A program made the position numbers and the translations under genes. From contig CM075996.1 of the NCBI GenBank assembly GCA_038087875.1, positions 4,962,001-5,026,000 on the forward strand: DNA of 64,000 bases. Reading direction: 5' to 3'. Positions 58,093 to 64,000 of the stretch are shown here, piece after piece. Position 1 is the stretch's first letter. Each line of letters begins with the position of its first letter. Below the pieces are notes generated by a model. The model was not told where the DNA came from. It did no database searches and saw only the letters and a program-made list of their open reading frames with translations. The stretch is from Malacoraja senta (Eukaryota).

Positions 58093-58357
58093 ACCATGGG
58101 GCTCCTTCCGCTCTCACCAGTTGCCGTTTCTTCCTGTTGGCTGTCACTTTTTCCGTTCCACCGTCACCTCCTCCCGTCCCTTTGCCCACTCCACTGCTTC
58201 CCCCTCCACCTCCTGCTCCCCTGTAGTCACCAAAATATTCCACCTTAGATGTCAGCGACTGCGGGAGGAAGAGGTGGCAGAGCGAACAACTCGACAGCCG
58301 ACAGGAAAAACAGCAGCAGTTGTGAAGGAATGGAGCCCCACACTTATTGAGTGCGCC

Positions 58358-58476
58358 TTGTCGTTGACAGCAGCCTGAAAACAGAGCCGAAGGCCAGGGG
58401 CTACAATGTGAGCTGCAATAACAGCCATGTCAACCAGATCATGCAGTACCTGAAGGGCTCGCTGGTGCAGACCAGC
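58358..58476 (+). pseudogene. Decayed histone H1 globular-domain-like fragment (copy 2)
   Basis: LSLTAA / frameshift / LKTEPKARGYNVSCNNSHVNQIMQYLKGSLVQTS versus H1 [24 protein letters not shown]...KGTLVQT. Confidence 0.5.
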
Positions 58477-58879
58477 GCATCAATGCCTTGTTTAAAGGTG
58501 AAACGAATTGCTGGAGTAACTCAGAATGAATCGGTCTGAAGGGTCCAAGCATCATCTATCCACGTTCTCCAGAGATGCTGGACTCCAGCAATGTGCGTTC
58601 TTTTGCGTATTAACCATCAACTACGGTTCTTTGTTTCAACAACATAGAATGAAAGTACCTTACTCGATTATAGCAGACAATCAACAATAACGGCTGCCTA
58701 TGGTCTGTTATGAGGACAGTTTACTGAATGTGTAAACTGCAGGAAATGTGTCCACTTAATCCACAATTTTACAATGAAAGTTTCAAATTTAACTAAGCCT
58801 CCACAACATCGACTAACTTGAAGTAAGTCAAATGACTAGAGATAGAGTCTGCTTATCGTCAAACATCCATTTATGCTAA

Positions 58880-59430
58880 TTCTATATTAATCCCATTTTG
58901 TACTAATTCCCCCCAGATTTTACCACTTACCCTCACATTAGGGGCAATTTACTTACGAACCCATGACTGGGATTTATGGGGAAACTGGGACGCCTGAAGG
59001 AAACCTACGTGATCACATGGAGAGCGTGCAAATTCCACACCGTCAATTCAAAGTCTAAATTAAACTCAGGTCTCTTGCACTAAGAGACAGCGACTCTGTT
59101 AGCATCGTTGTCACCCGGGGTTATAAACATTCATATCAACTAAATAACGTATTGTATCCTGATCACATTATATTCAATGAACCCCTCCGCAAATGAACTG
59201 AACCTTGGTATTTTCATATTGTTTATGACAGACTCAATGGGTTGCATGGCCTCCTATGTCTTTTTTTACTCGCTTATTTTCCTGTGACCTATTCTCTTAC
59301 ACATTCTCATTAACACCTCTGATTGTTTTACTACCAACCTAGACTACAGGCAATTTACACTAGCCAATTAACCAGCAAATCTTTGGAATGTGGAGGAAAC
59401 AGGAGCACCCAGGGGAGAATGGGCAAATTT
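58880..59430 (-). mobile_element. Two degenerate V-SINE fragments
   Basis: GGGGCAATTTAC and GGAAAC.GGA.C.CC blocks matching the reverse of the 33535 SINE. Confidence 0.55.
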
Positions 59431-59444
59431 CACACACATCAGTA

Positions 59445-60680
59445 CTGTCAAAAGTGTTTAGTTGTCCTATGTACCATGAACAGAGCAATGAAATCCTTGC
59501 TTGCTGCAGCGTTACAGGCATATTAATGCAATTAGACAATGAATAAAAATATAATAATGAAGAATACAATAAATTATCAGACATACTAGGTAACCAGACC
59601 ATAATAGTGCACACCAAAGTACATAGTGCAACCTAATCAAAGTCCATCATAGATCGTTGCTGAGGTACGGTTCCAGTTAGAGTTGTGCGTAAAGGGCCTG
59701 TCCCACTTGGCGATTTTGCCGGCGTCATATCATAAAAGATTTTGAACATTTCAAAATCCAGCGGTGACAAAAAAGTGGTTGCGACACTTGAAAAAACACC
59801 GCATGTCATACGTCGTCACGCCGCGTATCTTTCGGTGACATGAAACGTCAGTCACTGATGCCGGCAGTTACCGAAAAAAATCGTCAAGTGGGACAGGCCC
59901 TTTATGGTTATGGTTAAAGAGCCCGACGTTTGATGAGAAGACACTGTTCTTGAACTTGGAGGTCACAGTAGTAGGCCCTTATATATTCTTCCTGAGAGCA
60001 GCAAGTTAAGAATGTGGCCAGGGTGGTGTGGGTCTTTGATGATATTAGCTGCCTTTTTAGGCAGCGCTTTGTGTAGATAGTTTCAATGGTGGAGAATTCA
60101 ATACCTACGGTGGACCAGGCCAATGTCCACTACTTTGTGCAGCCTCCTTTGATCTTGGGCGTTCGAGTTACAAACCAGGTCATGATGCAACCAGTCATAT
60201 GCTCTTTACTGTACACCAGTAGAAGTTTAATAAGGTATTCAGCGACATGTTGAAATCTCCTTAAACCTTTGAAGTGGAGGCACTAATGAACTTCCTTTGT
60301 GATTGAATCAATGTGCTGCTGCCAGCCCATATCTTCAGAGATATGCAAACCCAAGAACTTGATGCTGTTGACTCCATCACCGTACCGTCAATGAATGCAA
60401 ACTAACCAATCCTCAACTTCCTCCTTCTGATGTCAAGCATCACCCTGGTCTTCCTAACATTCAGAGCAAGATTGTTCTGGCACCATTATCGATCTCCGTC
60501 CTATACTCTGACTCATCATTACCTGTTATTCGCCCAACTAGTGTCATTGTCAATTTAGAGATGGCTTAGGAACTGTCTAGGTACACAATCATGGGTAGCA
60601 GTGAGCAGGAGACTGAGAGCACAACCTTGAGTGTCTCCTGTGCTGATGGTCTGCGAGGAGATACTGATTATAGTCTGACA
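59445..60680 (-). mobile_element. Degenerate Rex1/Babar-type LINE, interrupted by a MITE
   Basis: Reverse strand TIETIYTKRCLK..., D-PHHPGH-like block and RT-region remnants. Confidence 0.55.
59693..59901. mobile_element. MITE (AGGGCCTGTCCCACTT TIR family)
   Basis: AGGGCCTGTCCCACTTGGCGATTTT / AAAATCGTCAAGTGGGACAGGCCCT; flanks TAA and TTA. Confidence 0.8.
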
Positions 60681-60899
60681 CGTATAGCCAAGTGCACTTT
60701 CTGCGGAGCATTTCACATCCAAACATCACTTCAATAAAAATAATATATTTTCCCTTATGTGTGCAAGTAACACATGAAAATGTCCTAATCTACTTAGCAA
60801 AGAGCAAGCAAACTGAACGTTACAATGAACAGCACGAGGAGATATTTGAATAGGGCTGCTAGTATCACTTAGCAACTGCAGGGATACGAATTTAAGAAA

Positions 60900-61620
60900 A
60901 AGTTAGCACTTAAGAAAAAGAGCCCCTTAAGCCTTCTGTACAATCCAACTCAAGATTCTACCTGATCCAGAGTCCAAGGCAACTTTCCAATCCAATCCCC
61001 TATTCTTTGATAGCTTTATTGTCCATAAAATACTATGATCAAGATCTGAACATACTTAACTGACACAATTCTGCAGTTCCAAATATTCATAAACATCAGA
61101 AAAGTAATCCTTCCCATCTCTAGTCTTAAACATACATGCGACTCATTTATCCTAATCCCTCATGTCCCTAATTTTGAGTTCTCCAGCCAAAGGAAACAGC
61201 TTCTGGCCACCTACCCTGTCCAATCCTTCCAGAATTATATTTTAACAAGATTTCCTCCCATTCTCGTAACCATCAGTAAATTTGGATCAATATTCCCTAA
61301 TCTCTCTTCATAGATCAACTCCTATTACCATGCAGTGGCTCCAATATCCACCATCACAAAGTGCTTGTTGCAGCTCCGAGGCTTTTTTTTTGCACTTTCT
61401 TTGTAGCTGTAATACTGTATTCTGCACTCTTGATTTTCTCTTTTGCACAACACATGACAATAATAAATTAATACCAAGAATTACTCCAGTGAATCTAAGC
61501 AGCACCATATCCAAGGGAGGAATGTCATTACTTAGTAATGTAGAACAAATCTACAAAGAATTCCATGTGGTCTAACCAGAGCACTACATATTAGAAGCAA
61601 GATTTATTCATTCTTACTCC
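60900..61620 (-). mobile_element. Old CR1 fragment
   Basis: GGAAACAGCTTCTGGCCACCTACCCTGTCCAATCC and CCATGTGGTCTAACCAGAGC are reverse CR1 blocks. Confidence 0.5.
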
Positions 61621-62990
61621 AAATCTCTTTCAATAAACATTTATTTTTCAATTAACATGAAGTAGTAGATCAAGATCCTGCTGTTACATGAGATTATTAT
61701 CCATATTTTTTTTTAATTGCGTCCATATGACAAATTGAGTAACCACACTTTCCTTAAACAATGCTGTGAATTACCTTTCTGCTCATTGCGCATGGATGCA
61801 ATTTGGTGCAAGTTGGGAGATGTGAGCAGCATGGGACTTGCTTTATGGAAAGTTAAGTTTATAGAAGGTAGAATCTAAAAGATTGACTACCAGAGCATCA
61901 AAGTTGACTAGACCAGAAGTAATAAAGGCTGGTATCAACAAAACATGAGTTGTGGGAGGCATGGAGTGGAACAATATTTGGAGTTATACTCAGATCATTT
62001 TATGATGGCATGGATATGATAGGACTCTCATTATAGTGAGTGACACCAGGGATTCAAATGGGTGGGCTTTGTCTCAGACAACAGCAAGGAACAAGGGGTG
62101 GTCAATGGTAAGAGAACAACCATAGCAATAACTTAAAGTAGCATCTGCAGGCTTCCAAATATATAGTTCAGCACAAGTCATAGAGACAATGAATATTTAC
62201 ATTGGAAATGGAAGTCTCTTCGCTCTGCTGCTTCGGTAATGACCATATAATAAAATTTAACAATGAGATTTATACCACGTTTCTCTCCCCAATGCCTTCA
62301 CCTCAAACTGACTTTTCCTCCGAAATGCCATAATTTCCAAAAACACCAAGCATCAGCACAATTAAGAAATAATCAGCTAACATTACCACACATAATACAA
62401 AGATGGCATAACTCTGGAACTATGTCCTGACATTTTCTAAAAAGGAGGAAATAAGAGAAAGCAGAGAGAAAAATATTTTCAACCTAGCATGAAATCAAAT
62501 GGAAGTCACAAAGTGTAACATTCACCAAGTAATGGAGGACCTAATGCTGAGGCAGTTCACTTAAAAACAAACACGTTCCTTTAAATGAAACATGGATTGT
62601 ATGCCCAAGGTGATGCGTGCTGTAAGAAAAAGGAAACTGAAGGAAAAAAAACACTTTACAGATAACTTTCAGCTAAATCCAGGACAATAACAGCAAGAAC
62701 AGGAGGGAAATTAAAGTAAATAAGGAACTGAAAAGGCATTATTAAACTGAGCCCCCAAATATACTGGGCCAAAATCCTGCCCAATAAATACCAGCCGGTC
62801 CAGGCTTAAATTGCTTGAATTTATCCATACATATCACACGTTCCAAATGCAATAACAAATTCACATGCAGCCCAGTAACAGAGCACAAACTTTCAGATTC
62901 CCCAGCATGTATTACTGATAATCTGGATTGGGTTAGATCTAGCAAAGAGGCATTAATTTCAATGGAGATTTTACTGCAGTAAGAAGAGGC

Positions 62991-63077
62991 AAGGGGTCTC
63001 TAACTGAAATGTCACCCATTCCTTCTCTCCAGAGATGCTACCTGTCCCGCTGAGTTACTCCAGCACTTTGTATCTAT
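62991..63077 (+). mobile_element. Penelope-type terminal-repeat copy (core truncated)
   Basis: AAGGGGTCTCTAACTGAAATGTCACCCATTCCTTCTCTCCAGAGATGC...GAGTTACTCCAGCAC. Confidence 0.7.
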
Positions 63078-63090
63078 ATGCAAGGTGTAT

Positions 63091-63790
63091 AAGCGAGTTC
63101 GGTATTCCGACTGCACAGGTCACAAGCAAAAAACACTCTCAGCAGCCGTGCCGCGGCATGGACACAGACCTGCGCCTCATCCGCAGCCAGGATCGATCTC
63201 GGGTCTCCAGCACCGCAATCGCTGAAGAACTGCCACTGAACCACCCCCCCGGGCGGCCAGAGACGGCGGGAGTCAGACGGGAACGGCGCCCCCAGGCCCA
63301 CAGCCAGCGTGGAGAAGCAGCGTTAAATCAAGCTCAACTCTGCCTGTCTCGCCGGGTTAACCTACCAGCCCTGCCTGGACTTACGGGAACAACGGCCCAG
63401 CCTTACAGCTAGCGCGGAGAAGCAGCGCTAACTCCACGGCTCCAGGCTGCTGTCCCGTCATTCCAGGCAAGGCTGGTAGGTTAACCCGGTGAGACAGGCA
63501 GAGTTGAGCTGGATATAGCGTTGCTTACCTGCGCTGGCTGTGTGCCTGGGGGGCGCCGCTCCCATCTGACTACCGACGTCTCTGGCCGCCCCCCGGACGG
63601 ATGGGGGTGCATTCGGGAGGAGACGGGGATGGTCCGGTGGCGGTTCGGCAGCGATTGCGGCGACGGACACCCGGGTTCGGTCCTGGCTGCAGATGAGTCC
63701 ATGCCGCGGCAAGGCTGTTGAATTTTTATCGCTTGAGACCTTTGACAAATCCCATGATTCCTTGCGTTTTTTGGAATACCGAACTCGCTT
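63091..63790. mobile_element. Fold-back non-autonomous DNA element (same termini as 27403-28234)
   Basis: AAGCGAGTTCGGTATTCC / GGAATACCGAACTCGCTT; internal inverted arms ~63143-63388 and ~63454-63718. Confidence 0.85.
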
Positions 63791-64000
63791 ATTGAATTAT
63801 GTCTGAAGTGAAATTTATACATAATCTATCTTAGAATGAGGTTGTCAGACCCCACTCAGTCAAATCTGAGTCTCAATAATCACATCAGTTACTTTTGAAT
63901 AACATTGGTGTATACAAAACCCAAAGTAATTCTTTATGCAATGCTGAGAAAGACAGAACTGTATATAGATACATAGATAGATACATAGAAATTAGGTGCA

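Noticed and set aside
51704..64000. EP300 exon 1 or promoter
   Set aside because: No MAENV-like coding start found; the GC-rich patches here are repeats or the H1-like island.

Overview
Vertebrate genomic DNA. The HE1/V-SINE, CR1 and Penelope repeat content suggests a cartilaginous fish such as a skate or ray (inference). The window is dominated by one gene on the minus strand, EP300 (p300 lysine acetyltransferase). I can trace 27 consecutive coding exons (equivalent to human exons 2-28; 51703 down to 1557; 4652 nt), all with GT-AG introns and consistent phases. They encode TAZ1/CH1, KIX, bromodomain, RING/PHD and most of the HAT domain. Exon 1 is not recognisable in the window and presumably lies beyond 64000; exons 29-31 lie before position 1. 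The introns are full of mobile elements: three Tc1 (DD34E, IR/DR) copies, CR1 and Rex1/Babar-type LINE 3' ends, tRNA-derived V-SINEs, TWA-flanked MITEs, two large fold-back elements of one family, a composite hAT-like element with a 5-bp TSD, and a Penelope-type GIY-YIG fragment. The most notable hidden signal is a dispersed ~90-240 bp repeat (at least 15 copies, often palindromic, with 10-16 bp flanking duplications) carrying a minimal hammerhead-ribozyme core (CTGAnGA-stem II-GAAA-CG-TH). Three intact cores are in the sense orientation of the EP300 pre-mRNA. Also notable is an inverted pair of decayed histone H1-like fragments in intron 1. Repeat boundaries are approximate; exon boundaries were read from splice sites.
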